A stretch of DNA of 64,000 nt from a virus, in IMG/VR virus record IMGVR_UViG_3300046007_012472, positions 12,437 through 76,436 of that record. The stretch is one strand, 5' to 3'. Position numbers and translations under genes: made by a program. A model generated the notes under the pieces. The model was given only the letters and a program-made list of their open reading frames with translations. It did not search any database and was not told the origin of the DNA. Shown here in pieces: positions 18,407-28,109 of this stretch (the stretch's first letter is position 1; each line of letters opens with the position of its first letter).

Positions 18407-20803
18407 ATGGCATTTTTAGAAGGTTTAACTTTAGCAGAAGTAAATAAAGCAATACTTATTGAAAATACAAGCTCGACAAGATTCAAACAGTATTTTTTGA
18501 TTACTTATGATATTACCACTGGACAAATAGAAGCAGAAAAAACATTATCTAATGATTTTCCTCAGGGGGCTAGTTTAATATTTGCATATTCAGATCCAGG
18601 AAAAAAAGTGATAATACTCACTGGTGAAAGAGTAGTCAATGGAATCTTCGAGTCCGAATCAGTTTCAGCAACATTTGATGTTGGGTTCCAGCCAAATCAA
18701 TATCTTTCATACACAAAATATCCAGATCAGTCGTCTTCATATTCTGATAATTATGTGATAAGAGGAACTACATTCTCTTTTGATGTTATTGAAGAAAATT
18801 CGGCAACAGAACCAAAAACATATATTTGGAATTATGGAGAAGGAATAACATTTTCAGGAAGAACTGCAAATACTCAAATAATTAGATTTGACAGAGTTGG
18901 ACCGAAAACAGTTGGACTTACCATTTCAAATATTTTTGGAGAAAATCAATCTAGCATAACATTTTTCCCAATATCCACTCCGATATTTTCAATTTCAGCT
19001 AATCCTACATTTGGTGATGTCAGAATAACCAGACAAATAGGTCTGACTGCAAGTATTGTTGGATTGAATGGTCATTTATATGGTGATATTAACTTTACTT
19101 GGCAAATAGATGGTCAAACATATTCTGGAAATGCAATAAATCATATTTTTGGTTCTACTGGAACCAAAGGTGTAACTTTGATTTATGGTAGTAAAATATT
19201 GACAGGATTAAGCGGTTCGACATATGGTCAATATGTTGTTCTTCAAGAAGAGTTTCCGTTGTATTATGAACCCGATTTGATGGTTGCATTTTATAAAAAT
19301 GAACCAGAGTATGCCTATTACGCAAACGAAATGAAAAAATATGGCTCAGCGTACAAATATCTAAGTCCCAGGGCTACTGGTGGGTATGCGACATGCACAT
19401 ACAACGCAACCATCGCCACTTTTGAATATTTTTCTGATGAAGAAAAAGCCATGCCTATAATGATAAATGCGGAATATCCTTGGCTGGAGATACTTTACAG
19501 AAAAAATAGTTCTGAACTGGATTCCAAATGGATTACCGATCCTACAGTTGTTCAAGAAGCTCAAAGACAAGGTGTGACATTAACCGGTTTGACTTTGGCT
19601 GGGTACAAGGAAATAGCAGTGAGATGTTGGACAGATATTGTTGAGAGAATGCGAAACAGAGGCTGTCCAAAAATGATTCACTATGCCTCAACTGCCCAAG
19701 CATTTTCCGACTATACGGGAGTTCCTGTCGGAATGCTGGAATATGGTCCTTTACCCGGTGTTACTGAAACTCATTATTGGTATCAAGCCAATTCGGTATA
19801 CAATCCAACAATGAGAGAAAACTTCAATACCAAGATAAATGAAAATTCATATGGTGCTATGGCAAGAGCACAATCAAATGCAGATGCACATGGAGCGGCT
19901 GCTTATTGTTTTGTTCCTAATTCAGCAAGAGGAATTTGTGGTATTTCTTCTTGGTCTTCAACGGACATAGTGTTGAGAGGTTACAGTGGTGGAACCAGCT
20001 TTACTAATGCTACAGATTTTACCCAAGCTGTATTGGAAGACGCAGTAAAGGTGACATCAGCTAAGATGTGGCTTGAATATTACAGAGCATGTAATGAAAG
20101 TGTTTCTTTAGGTTTTATGGCTAGAAGAGATATGCCACAAAAAATAGCACCTATTGTAATATACAGTATAGAATCTATTTTCTTGTTTGCAAATCCCGGT
20201 GGGGGATGGAGAAGTCGTTATAAATGGCATGGATCTCAGAACAAAGATCCAGAAAAAACAGCTGAAAATGAAATTGCTGCAATATTCAGAACTAACAGTA
20301 GAATAGATTATACAACTTACGATGAAATAAAATTACCGGATGAGATATGGATATGGGACGCAAGAAGATATTATAATTTAAATATACCATCACAATTCTT
20401 TGATAACCCAAGTGTTGTGACCAAAGACAAAGTGGAATGCTGGATGATGAGAAATGCACTCGAACGAGAATTTTTTGGAAGACCGCAATTGAGTTCAGGA
20501 AATACTTTATGGTATACCGCAAGCACTGGGGACAACATTACATATTACAGAGATAATTCTTTGTCCAATTATTTCTGGAACAATATATCTAGTGTATGGT
20601 GGGGGTTTAGTGGGGGAACATTCACGAATATGTTGCCCTCACCTTGTAAACTAGATCAAACTTCATCTCTGGCACCTTGGTTGAATTTTAATCAAACAAT
20701 TTTCAGAAATGATGTATTCAAAGCAATAAACCATAAGTTGAGTACAGATTCATTGAATTATATCATAAAGGCTAGGGAAAAGCTAAACGAAATATTCCGG
20801 TAA
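18407..20803 (+). CDS. PKD-like domain virion protein
   Basis: AGGAG SD; YIWNYGEG...VGLTISN and FTWQIDG...HIF...VTL PKD-like repeats; C-terminal region unassigned. Confidence 0.6.
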   Translation: MAFLEGLTLAEVNKAILIENTSSTRFKQYFLITYDITTGQIEAEKTLSNDFPQGASLIFAYSDPGKKVIILTGERVVNGIFESESVSATFDVGFQPNQYLSYTKYPDQSSSYSDNYVIRGTTFSFDVIEENSATEPKTYIWNYGEGITFSGRTANTQIIRFDRVGPKTVGLTISNIFGENQSSITFFPISTPIFSISANPTFGDVRITRQIGLTASIVGLNGHLYGDINFTWQIDGQTYSGNAINHIFGSTGTKGVTLIYGSKILTGLSGSTYGQYVVLQEEFPLYYEPDLMVAFYKNEPEYAYYANEMKKYGSAYKYLSPRATGGYATCTYNATIATFEYFSDEEKAMPIMINAEYPWLEILYRKNSSELDSKWITDPTVVQEAQRQGVTLTGLTLAGYKEIAVRCWTDIVERMRNRGCPKMIHYASTAQAFSDYTGVPVGMLEYGPLPGVTETHYWYQANSVYNPTMRENFNTKINENSYGAMARAQSNADAHGAAAYCFVPNSARGICGISSWSSTDIVLRGYSGGTSFTNATDFTQAVLEDAVKVTSAKMWLEYYRACNESVSLGFMARRDMPQKIAPIVIYSIESIFLFANPGGGWRSRYKWHGSQNKDPEKTAENEIAAIFRTNSRIDYTTYDEIKLPDEIWIWDARRYYNLNIPSQFFDNPSVVTKDKVECWMMRNALEREFFGRPQLSSGNTLWYTASTGDNITYYRDNSLSNYFWNNISSVWWGFSGGTFTNMLPSPCKLDQTSSLAPWLNFNQTIFRNDVFKAINHKLSTDSLNYIIKAREKLNEIFR

Positions 20804-20806
20804 AAG

Positions 20807-20837
20807 AAAAACCCCGCCGAAAGGCGGGGTTTTTTTA
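20807..20837. terminator. bidirectional intrinsic terminator
   Basis: AAAAACCCCGCC-GAAA-GGCGGGGTTTTTTT between convergent genes. Confidence 0.92.
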
Positions 20838-20852
20838 CTTCCCAAGCTGAAC

Positions 20853-20978
20853 TTACTTATTCCAAGGGAATTTTGCACTTACCCATTTCCAGAGTGCTGG
20901 ACCGATGGCTGCTCCGGCAACAAAAACAAGTGCGGTGTAAAAAACTTTTCCGAGTGTGTCTGCGAAGAAGAATTCCAT
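20853..20978 (-). CDS. 41-aa single-TM membrane peptide
   Basis: Below ORF-track cutoff; AAGGAG SD; MEFFFADTLGKVFYTALVFVAGAAIGPALWKWVSAKFPWNK*. Confidence 0.75.
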   Translation of the reverse strand: MEFFFADTLGKVFYTALVFVAGAAIGPALWKWVSAKFPWNK

Positions 20979-20992
20979 TTTTTGCTCCTTTG

Positions 20993-21841
20993 TTATGATC
21001 TGTCGTATTTCAGTGTTCTTGTAATTCTGTTGTATTTTCTTTCAGCACCAGCCGGACGAACATTTTGCTGAACGGTTGTGAAAGTATAACCACCTGCAGT
21101 TTTACCCATTGCATTTATAAATCCAGATTTGATCTGGCCATTAATAACTGCTTGGCTCTTTGTAGCTTGTGCGGTGAAAATAACAGAATCAATGTTTGAA
21201 GGGGTGTTTATTTCTACCTTATCAACACCTAATCCAACATTTGTGCTAGTTCCAAAATAAGTTCTATCAGTTCTGGCTGGCTGAATTCCATCCACTAAAA
21301 TTATTTCTGCAGTCAATCCTGTAGTAATCAATGAACCTCTTTCGACTAATACTTCATCCCATTGACCAGAAGTGTAGAAAGTTGCGGTTTGTCCATCCAT
21401 GTGTGCAAATTGGATTGATCCAGATGGAAGATTATTGATTGATATTTCTGCATTATTTGCGGTTAGTCCAATGTAAAGTCTGTCCACAATTAGATTTATT
21501 GGGCCTGTAATACTACCGAAAGAATAGCCTAGATTGGGGGCACTCAAGAATCTTTCACCATATCTTGGTTCTATTGTAATTGTGATTCCTTCAGCCCAGT
21601 TTTTTGCAGCACCTTCTCCTGTATATCCCGGCCAATATTTGAAACCAGAGGAAATACCTATTAAGCAAGCAGAACGAGCAGTTGCACCAAAAATGACCGT
21701 ATCGCCACCGAAAGGCCAAGTTGTAGCTAGTGCTCCTGATACCGTGTTTGTTAAGAAATGACCGAAAGTGTGACCCCATTCATTAGCGGTTGGACCAACT
21801 CCACCAACTTGTGTGACACCTGCCCAGTAGTATGTCGCCAT
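20993..21841 (-). CDS. G/T-rich late, probably structural protein
   Basis: AAGGAG SD and tandem late-promoter-like sites upstream; MATYYWAG start. Confidence 0.7.
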   Translation of the reverse strand: MATYYWAGVTQVGGVGPTANEWGHTFGHFLTNTVSGALATTWPFGGDTVIFGATARSACLIGISSGFKYWPGYTGEGAAKNWAEGITITIEPRYGERFLSAPNLGYSFGSITGPINLIVDRLYIGLTANNAEISINNLPSGSIQFAHMDGQTATFYTSGQWDEVLVERGSLITTGLTAEIILVDGIQPARTDRTYFGTSTNVGLGVDKVEINTPSNIDSVIFTAQATKSQAVINGQIKSGFINAMGKTAGGYTFTTVQQNVRPAGAERKYNRITRTLKYDRS

Positions 21842-21866
21842 TTAATGACTCCTTGTTAGATATGAC

Positions 21867-21884
21867 TATTTATGTATATTTATG
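21867..21884 (-). promoter_or_regulatory. tandem late-promoter-like CATAAATA x2
   Basis: TATTTATG at 21867-21874 and 21877-21884 on the + strand. Confidence 0.55.
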
Positions 21885-23802
21885 TATTTGTCAGATCTAC
21901 AAGCTCACACTTATCTCCTGTACAGGCAAAGGTCTGAGTTCCTTTCGTAGAATCCTGCTTTTCATAGCTAGAAAGCATACTCCAATCGATATTTTGTGGC
22001 ATTTTAGCCAGCAAAGCCTCATATTCCTCTTTAGAGCAGTCCTGATATGGTGCTTGACGGTAACTGTGGTCTGAGTGTGGTAGGAATGAAATTCCGCTGA
22101 TTTCATCAAAATGTTCATATACCCAAGCACCTACCTCCATCCATTCGTGCTCTTTGACAGTCACTGTGATCGATGGCTTATGCTCACACCAATGGCGTTG
22201 ATAAGTTAACCAAAGTTCTAGCTGTTCGATCGCATCCATGTCGTTTCGTGTCACAGATCCAACCGCCTTCATCGGGAATGAGAACACCATGACGCTATCG
22301 GGCTTCATGACACATGGCTCATGGGGGAAACCAAGATCAATCATCATCTTGCAGAGAGGATCCTTTTGGTCTGCACGCACGGTACGAATATAGTATTCGT
22401 TGTGACGGGCGTGAATACCGGAAGCCGCGTCTACAAGTTGAGAAACGGTTCCGCTAGGCTTCACACAAGTAATAGCCGCAGCTTGATTAATTTTGATTTT
22501 CTTAGCCCATTCTTTGTTCGCATCTATAGCAATCTGACGCAAACTACCAAGGAATTTCTCAAGATGTTCATTTCCACCATACATCATAGGATTGTCCATT
22601 ATCCCAGTCAAAGAAACACCAAGCAAAGCCTCCTCTTCACAGTTTCTCTTCCACTCTGAAGAGAGGTATGGAAAATGAGTCAATGAAGCCTGAAAAGTTC
22701 CGAGAATAGTTGCAAGACGAACCTTTCTCTGAAGGCTCTCTGCGGTATCCTCCGGGCGAACCACGACTTCGGTGAGATTGCAGAACTCACGATCGCGCAG
22801 GATTATCTCTGAGCAAGGGTTGGTCCCAAACTCGTATGAGGCATCGCGGCGTTCCCCAAGGCGTTCTACGGTCTTACGGGTAGCCTCACGGTTGAAGATA
22901 CCACGCTCGCCGCTCTTGCTCTTGTAGAGGGACAGCCACTCTTCCATGAATGTTCCGATCTCAGGCTTTTCCTTATATGCTACAGAGTTATTTGCAAGGG
23001 CGCGTTGCGGGTTCGCTTCCCACCATGCACCACTCTTAGCTTCCCGCATTCTTTCGTCGGTAAGGTTAGATAGAGAGATAAGAGCGGACCTACGCACTCC
23101 TCCGACCACGACAATCTCTGCAACTTTACAAACGATATCATGGCATTCGATTGAGGTAAGTTTACGACCTGCGGCTCGCTTAAAAGTATCGCAGGTGAAC
23201 TTAAAAAGGTCCTCCAGTGGTCTTGGTCCTGAAGCCCTACCACCAAAGGTTTTGAGTCTGGAACCAGCAGGGCGAACTTTAGACATGTCCCATCGTGGAA
23301 TTTGACCTCCAACGAGAAGGGATACAAGTTCCTTGAAAGCCTTAGCCCAACCAGCCTTAGAGTCTTCCACAGCGATTGTTGTATCGCTCTGGCTGAAATG
23401 TTCAGCGATTGTAGGAAGCTTCTCGACATATTGGCGTTCCACGGAGAAACCGACCCCGGTTCCACACATGAGGATATATAGAATTTCATCAAAAGCACGA
23501 AGACGATTCATTGCAACATAAGAACAATTATACCCAGCAGTGTTGTCGCGACGAAGTGCTTCTCCTGCGGTCATCAATGCACGCATTGAAGGCATGATCT
23601 CAAGGTTAAGAACAGCATCCTCTAATTCCTTGCGAAGAGCCTTAGTCAGATGATAACCTTGATTCTCCTGTAGATGGTTCTCGAAGAAGTCAAAATATCT
23701 GCCAACCGTCTCTTTCCAAGTTTCGCGTCTATTTTCTTTTTCGAGCCATCTTGAGTATCTTGAAAGATGGATAAAATCTTGGTACAAAGTTGGTAATGAC
23801 AT
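21880..23802 (-). CDS. nrdJ: class II (adenosylcobalamin-dependent) ribonucleotide reductase
   Basis: YNCSY, VVVGGVRRSA, GTNPCSEI, VKPSGTVSQL, C-terminal ACTGDKCE; no nrdB nearby. Confidence 0.93.
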   Translation of the reverse strand: MSLPTLYQDFIHLSRYSRWLEKENRRETWKETVGRYFDFFENHLQENQGYHLTKALRKELEDAVLNLEIMPSMRALMTAGEALRRDNTAGYNCSYVAMNRLRAFDEILYILMCGTGVGFSVERQYVEKLPTIAEHFSQSDTTIAVEDSKAGWAKAFKELVSLLVGGQIPRWDMSKVRPAGSRLKTFGGRASGPRPLEDLFKFTCDTFKRAAGRKLTSIECHDIVCKVAEIVVVGGVRRSALISLSNLTDERMREAKSGAWWEANPQRALANNSVAYKEKPEIGTFMEEWLSLYKSKSGERGIFNREATRKTVERLGERRDASYEFGTNPCSEIILRDREFCNLTEVVVRPEDTAESLQRKVRLATILGTFQASLTHFPYLSSEWKRNCEEEALLGVSLTGIMDNPMMYGGNEHLEKFLGSLRQIAIDANKEWAKKIKINQAAAITCVKPSGTVSQLVDAASGIHARHNEYYIRTVRADQKDPLCKMMIDLGFPHEPCVMKPDSVMVFSFPMKAVGSVTRNDMDAIEQLELWLTYQRHWCEHKPSITVTVKEHEWMEVGAWVYEHFDEISGISFLPHSDHSYRQAPYQDCSKEEYEALLAKMPQNIDWSMLSSYEKQDSTKGTQTFACTGDKCELVDLTNT

Positions 23803-23838
23803 ATATTCAATCTCCTTTATGATTAAGACAAGTTGTAT

Positions 23839-24591
23839 TTATTTTGCTGTTAGAACCTTCCACGACTCTGGGAAAAGTTCTGATATAATATCGGATATAG
23901 AGGTAGAATATTCACGGACTTCCCACTGTGCATGGGGGTCGGAACGCAGTTTACAGACTCTCGCATAGGCGGCTAGGGAGCCTGTCCAGAACCATTCCGT
24001 GTATGTACCCTGCGGAAGTACGAACCGAGCCTGCTCAGGTGCCACGCCCTTTGCCAGAAGGCTACGGTAGATCCCAAGAGCATGTTCAGTAGCAGAATCG
24101 TAACCCAGATTACAATAGTTGTAGTTGTCATTGTACTCCATGAAATCTTCTGAACCTTGCTTGGCTCCGTTGGTGGGCTTGTCCCTCCAGCGAGGGTTAT
24201 AGACTTCGGGTTCTTCCGTCACATAACGACGGGAAATTTCGTTCTCTACAAACCCAACCTTGTGCTTGAAAAGTTGGGTACGAATGGAAATTGGTGCTTT
24301 GATACGAAGGCAGATTTGAGGATGTGCAAAAGGTGTCCAGTGTTGATGCTTTGCAAGATAAGAAATAAGTTTCTTGTCCTTTTCCTTCAACCTGAAATTG
24401 TATCTGTGTTCGGTTATAGATCGACTATCAACATCAATCTCTTCCTTGATATCGTAGTCAAATTCTGATTCCTTGGCGAAAGACACGCGAGCCGCATTGA
24501 CCACCAAGAGATCTGATCCCATGTGATCAACATACTCTACATGTCCCTTGTCAAGTACCCGTATCTTCGTTTTCGTTAGATTCGTCGTCAT
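23839..24591 (-). CDS. thyX: FAD-dependent thymidylate synthase
   Basis: VVNAARVSF, HWTPF, KHKVGFVENEISRRY, APEQARFVLP, HAQWEVR. Confidence 0.95.
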   Translation of the reverse strand: MTTNLTKTKIRVLDKGHVEYVDHMGSDLLVVNAARVSFAKESEFDYDIKEEIDVDSRSITEHRYNFRLKEKDKKLISYLAKHQHWTPFAHPQICLRIKAPISIRTQLFKHKVGFVENEISRRYVTEEPEVYNPRWRDKPTNGAKQGSEDFMEYNDNYNYCNLGYDSATEHALGIYRSLLAKGVAPEQARFVLPQGTYTEWFWTGSLAAYARVCKLRSDPHAQWEVREYSTSISDIISELFPESWKVLTAK

Positions 24592-24781
24592 AGTATAAAA
24601 ATTTCACATTATCTGTTTCTGCAAAAGACTTTGCATAGTCAATTGCAAGTTTCCATAATTGAGGATCTCGTTCTTTCACATAACTCGAAAACAATGACAT
24701 AAAATCAAGAAGAGCATTTGCTAATTCATCACTTACTTCGTCATCTAATGGTTCTTCGTCTGGTCTTTCGTCTTTTTCCAT
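24551..24781 (-). CDS. small acidic hypothetical protein
   Basis: 76-aa ORF filling the gap between primase and thyX. Confidence 0.6.
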   Translation of the reverse strand: MEKDERPDEEPLDDEVSDELANALLDFMSLFSSYVKERDPQLWKLAIDYAKSFAETDNVKFLYYDDESNENEDTGT

Positions 24782-25776
24782 TGTGTCAACCTCAGTGTTG
24801 CTTCCATTCCGCTGAACGAGTATGTTTGAAGCATGTCAATTATACCAGAAACTTTCATGCCTGCCAAGACCATTTCATTGATATCCTTCTGTTTGATGCA
24901 GGTTGGAAGAATCGCAACTCTTCGTCCCTGATCGATCAATTTTTCCATCGCAGAAACAACATTCTTGTTTCTTGGTTCATTGTCCAGAACAAATATCAAT
25001 TCCTTGTCCTTCAGAGTAGAAGGTACTTTATCTATGGTGGACAGACCTGTTGACGCGACACAATTAGGCAAAAAAAGCGAGTCGATCGGACCTTCGACCA
25101 CGAATACAGGATTCTCCAGTTTTTGCCACAACCCATACCACTTGTCAGAATCTTCTTTCCCACGAATGGTAATATAGCGAATCTCGGCATCCTTTTGCAA
25201 CGATCTGCCTTGTACGGAAATAATGTTGCCTTCAGAATCATAAAAAGGAATTACAAGTCTAGATTCCTTCTTGAGATTAACTTCAGGATCTATGGTTTTT
25301 GCAAATTCTGCAAAGTCTTCTGCATAAAGAAGTTCATTCCATTTCTCGTCGGGTATCATTCGAGAAATTGCAAACTTGACGGCAGGATGTTCTTTAGGTA
25401 AATCTGGCAGTCTGGGAAGGACAGATTTCTCAGAATCTAGCCGTTTAGGAAGGACAGTTTTCGGTGGAATGACCACAGGTCCAGTACGACCCACATGAGC
25501 ATTCTTTTCTTTCCACTGCTCATAGGAGTATTCCTTGAACACAGAAGCATCCATGTCCTTCAGGAAGAACCCAAAGGACTTGGCTGCACCACAATTGTGG
25601 CAGAAGAAATACCACTCACCCTTCTTCAGAATGAAGAAGCCGCGTGCCTTAGTCTTCTTTTTGGAAGAATCTCCACACAATGGACAGGAACAGTTGTATA
25701 GTCCAGCTCTCTTTCTTTTGAAGTTCTTCAACCTGCATGAGATCATATTGATGTATTTTTCATCAATCCATGTCAT
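24745..25776 (-). CDS. 61: DNA primase gp61
   Basis: CPLCGDS...KARG...CHNC Zn finger, RLVIPF, QGR, TOPRIM VEGPIDS, DNEPRN, KDINEM. Confidence 0.95.
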   Translation of the reverse strand: MTWIDEKYINMISCRLKNFKRKRAGLYNCSCPLCGDSSKKKTKARGFFILKKGEWYFFCHNCGAAKSFGFFLKDMDASVFKEYSYEQWKEKNAHVGRTGPVVIPPKTVLPKRLDSEKSVLPRLPDLPKEHPAVKFAISRMIPDEKWNELLYAEDFAEFAKTIDPEVNLKKESRLVIPFYDSEGNIISVQGRSLQKDAEIRYITIRGKEDSDKWYGLWQKLENPVFVVEGPIDSLFLPNCVASTGLSTIDKVPSTLKDKELIFVLDNEPRNKNVVSAMEKLIDQGRRVAILPTCIKQKDINEMVLAGMKVSGIIDMLQTYSFSGMEATLRLTQWKKTKDQTKNH

Positions 25777-26659
25777 TAATGTAATCTCTCATCGAAATAG
25801 AATGATTCCAATTTAGTTTTGATTTAATTTTAATTGTGTTTGCGTTCGTTATTTTTGCTTCGCCTTTTCTTGGTGGAATATAAATTTTATTCCCCCCGAT
25901 CATATCTGCTATTTCATTTATTGAATATGAATTTCCAGTGCCTAAATTATAAACTTCCCCATTTTGTCTTTCATGTATCATCATTCCGCGAATTAGAGCA
26001 GAACATATATCATCTACATGAATAAAATCTCTTTTTTGTGTTCCATCTCCAACTATAGTTAAATCTTGTTTATTTTTTTTCTGTCTAAGGAATATTCCCA
26101 TGATTGGAGCATACTGTCCTTTTGTTGGCTGTCGAGGACCATAAATATTAAAACCTCTAAAACAAACGGTATCTAATCCATACAATGAAGAATATAATTT
26201 ACACAGTTGTTCCCCGAATAATTTAGAATATGAATAAGCATTTAAACAATCTGGAACATCTGTTTCTGTTTGGATTTCTTTGGATTGCAATCCATAAATT
26301 GCGGAAGTGCTCATAAAAACCATTCTGTTAATTTTATTTTTACTCGATAGTTCCAAAATATTTTGAGTTCCCATGACATTTGTTTTTATGCACAATGAAG
26401 GATCTTCGATACAATTTTGAATACGAGCTTCTGCCGCTAAATGAAAAACACCATCTAAATAATCGGTTTCAAATATAGTTGAACAAATAATATCATTTAT
26501 ATCACAATGATAATATTTTGCTTTGATGTTAAAGTAAAAATTTTCATGAGCATCTGAACTTAAATTGTCTATAACAATCACTTCATGATTGTGTGATATT
26601 AATTTGTCAACTAAATTAGATCCAATAAATCCGCATCCACCTGTTACTAGAAATTTCAT
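25763..26659 (-). CDS. NAD-dependent nucleotide-sugar epimerase/dehydratase
   Basis: VTGGCGFIGS, FHLAA, YSYSK, FNIYGPRQ, GDGTQKRDFIHVDD. Confidence 0.93.
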   Translation of the reverse strand: MKFLVTGGCGFIGSNLVDKLISHNHEVIVIDNLSSDAHENFYFNIKAKYYHCDINDIICSTIFETDYLDGVFHLAAEARIQNCIEDPSLCIKTNVMGTQNILELSSKNKINRMVFMSTSAIYGLQSKEIQTETDVPDCLNAYSYSKLFGEQLCKLYSSLYGLDTVCFRGFNIYGPRQPTKGQYAPIMGIFLRQKKNKQDLTIVGDGTQKRDFIHVDDICSALIRGMMIHERQNGEVYNLGTGNSYSINEIADMIGGNKIYIPPRKGEAKITNANTIKIKSKLNWNHSISMRDYINDMD

Positions 26660-26663
26660 AATA

Positions 26664-28064
26664 CTAAATTTTCCAATCATTTACATTATTTTTTTGATAT
26701 TTTGTTTCAATTTGAACATCAAATCCTTTACCTGGGATTGTTTTTTCGCTAATATTTGCATTTAATATCCCAGAATGGGCTGATTTTGGGGCATCCTTGA
26801 ACTTCATCATAGACCGATCCAACGATAGGATGAACTTGCGGTTCGACATACCGTCATTGTAGCGGTTCTTAAGTTGCTTCACAAGGATCTGCTTTACTTC
26901 TTCCAATTCTTCGGTGCTGATGAGGGCGAACATGAAATCCGCAGTCATAGGCAGACCAAAACTGTCTGAAGTCTCTGACATGTCGATGTCCTGATTCCCG
27001 AAGCCTTCTCGGTTGGTCTGTGTGGCAGTCCACAGGGGGAGACCGTATTCCACAGCCAAACCACGGAGTTCTTCCGCGATCGACTTGACATACATGTATG
27101 TGTTGACCCCACCACCCATCTTGAAACGAGAACTGGCGCAGATATTCAGGTAGTCCACGAAAAGCACATCTGGAACAAACTTCTTCTTCAGACGCAACTC
27201 CTCAAGCAGGGCACGGAAATGATTCACCGTTGCCGTGGCTGTCGGATATTCCTTGATGATGAGTTTACCCTTGACATTCTCTCGGATGGATTCCATCTTC
27301 TTGTCGTAAAGTTGCTTGGGAATCTGCTTGAGATTATCAAGAGAGATGTTCATCAAGTTAGCGTCAATGCGTTCTGCAATACGCTCCTCTGCCATCTCGC
27401 AGGTGATATAAAGGACATTCAGATTCTGGGTCAAGCAGTTTGCTGCATGGTGGCACAGGAACATCGACTTGCCCACGCCGGTAGGGGCAATCACGACATT
27501 CAGAGTCTTGGTTGGTGTCCCACCTGCGGTGATCGTATTCATCATTTCGAGATCAAAAGGAATACGCTTTTCCTTGGTATGGTAGAATTCAAATCGAGTC
27601 TCTGCATCATCGATATAATCGTGACCGATGTGGGTATCAAAGGAGACAGCAAGGGCGTTAGACAGAATCGTAGGGATAGCCCCCTTGGTCTGTGTCTTTG
27701 ACTTACCATCGATGATGTGAATAGATTCCAGTACGGCATTGTACAATGCACGATCCTTGCAGAACTTCTCTGTCTCGTCTACAAGCCATTTGTCATCCAA
27801 GCTTTCATGCGTACCAAAGACTGTTTCAGTCAAACTCAGGCAATTCTCCAAGACCCCATCATCAAGATCAGTCTTGTCACCAAGAATGATTTGGACTGCT
27901 GCCTTGGTGGGAAGAGAATTATACTTGTTGGTGTAATCTGAAAAGATAGAGAACAGAATCTTGTTCTCCTTGTCTGTGAAATAGTCCTCCTTTAGGAAGG
28001 GGAGGACTTTTCGCACATACTTCTCATTGTGAGAGAGCTGTTGTAGGATTGTATGTTCAATCAT
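26664..28064 (-). CDS. 41: replicative helicase gp41
   Basis: Walker A APTGVGKS, EMAEERIAERIDAN, KEYPT, DYLNI, ATQTNR, KQLKNRY. Confidence 0.97.
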   Translation of the reverse strand: MIEHTILQQLSHNEKYVRKVLPFLKEDYFTDKENKILFSIFSDYTNKYNSLPTKAAVQIILGDKTDLDDGVLENCLSLTETVFGTHESLDDKWLVDETEKFCKDRALYNAVLESIHIIDGKSKTQTKGAIPTILSNALAVSFDTHIGHDYIDDAETRFEFYHTKEKRIPFDLEMMNTITAGGTPTKTLNVVIAPTGVGKSMFLCHHAANCLTQNLNVLYITCEMAEERIAERIDANLMNISLDNLKQIPKQLYDKKMESIRENVKGKLIIKEYPTATATVNHFRALLEELRLKKKFVPDVLFVDYLNICASSRFKMGGGVNTYMYVKSIAEELRGLAVEYGLPLWTATQTNREGFGNQDIDMSETSDSFGLPMTADFMFALISTEELEEVKQILVKQLKNRYNDGMSNRKFILSLDRSMMKFKDAPKSAHSGILNANISEKTIPGKGFDVQIETKYQKNNVNDWKI

Positions 28065-28070
28065 TCTTTC

Positions 28071-28098
28071 ATTGTACCAAGAAGCATCAAAAAGTCAA
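28071..28098 (-). promoter_or_regulatory. sigma70-type promoter, probably leaderless gp41 transcript
   Basis: TTGACT-N16-TACAAT (TG extended), 6 nt before ATG. Confidence 0.75.
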
Positions 28099-28109
28099 CA
28101 CAATCGTTT

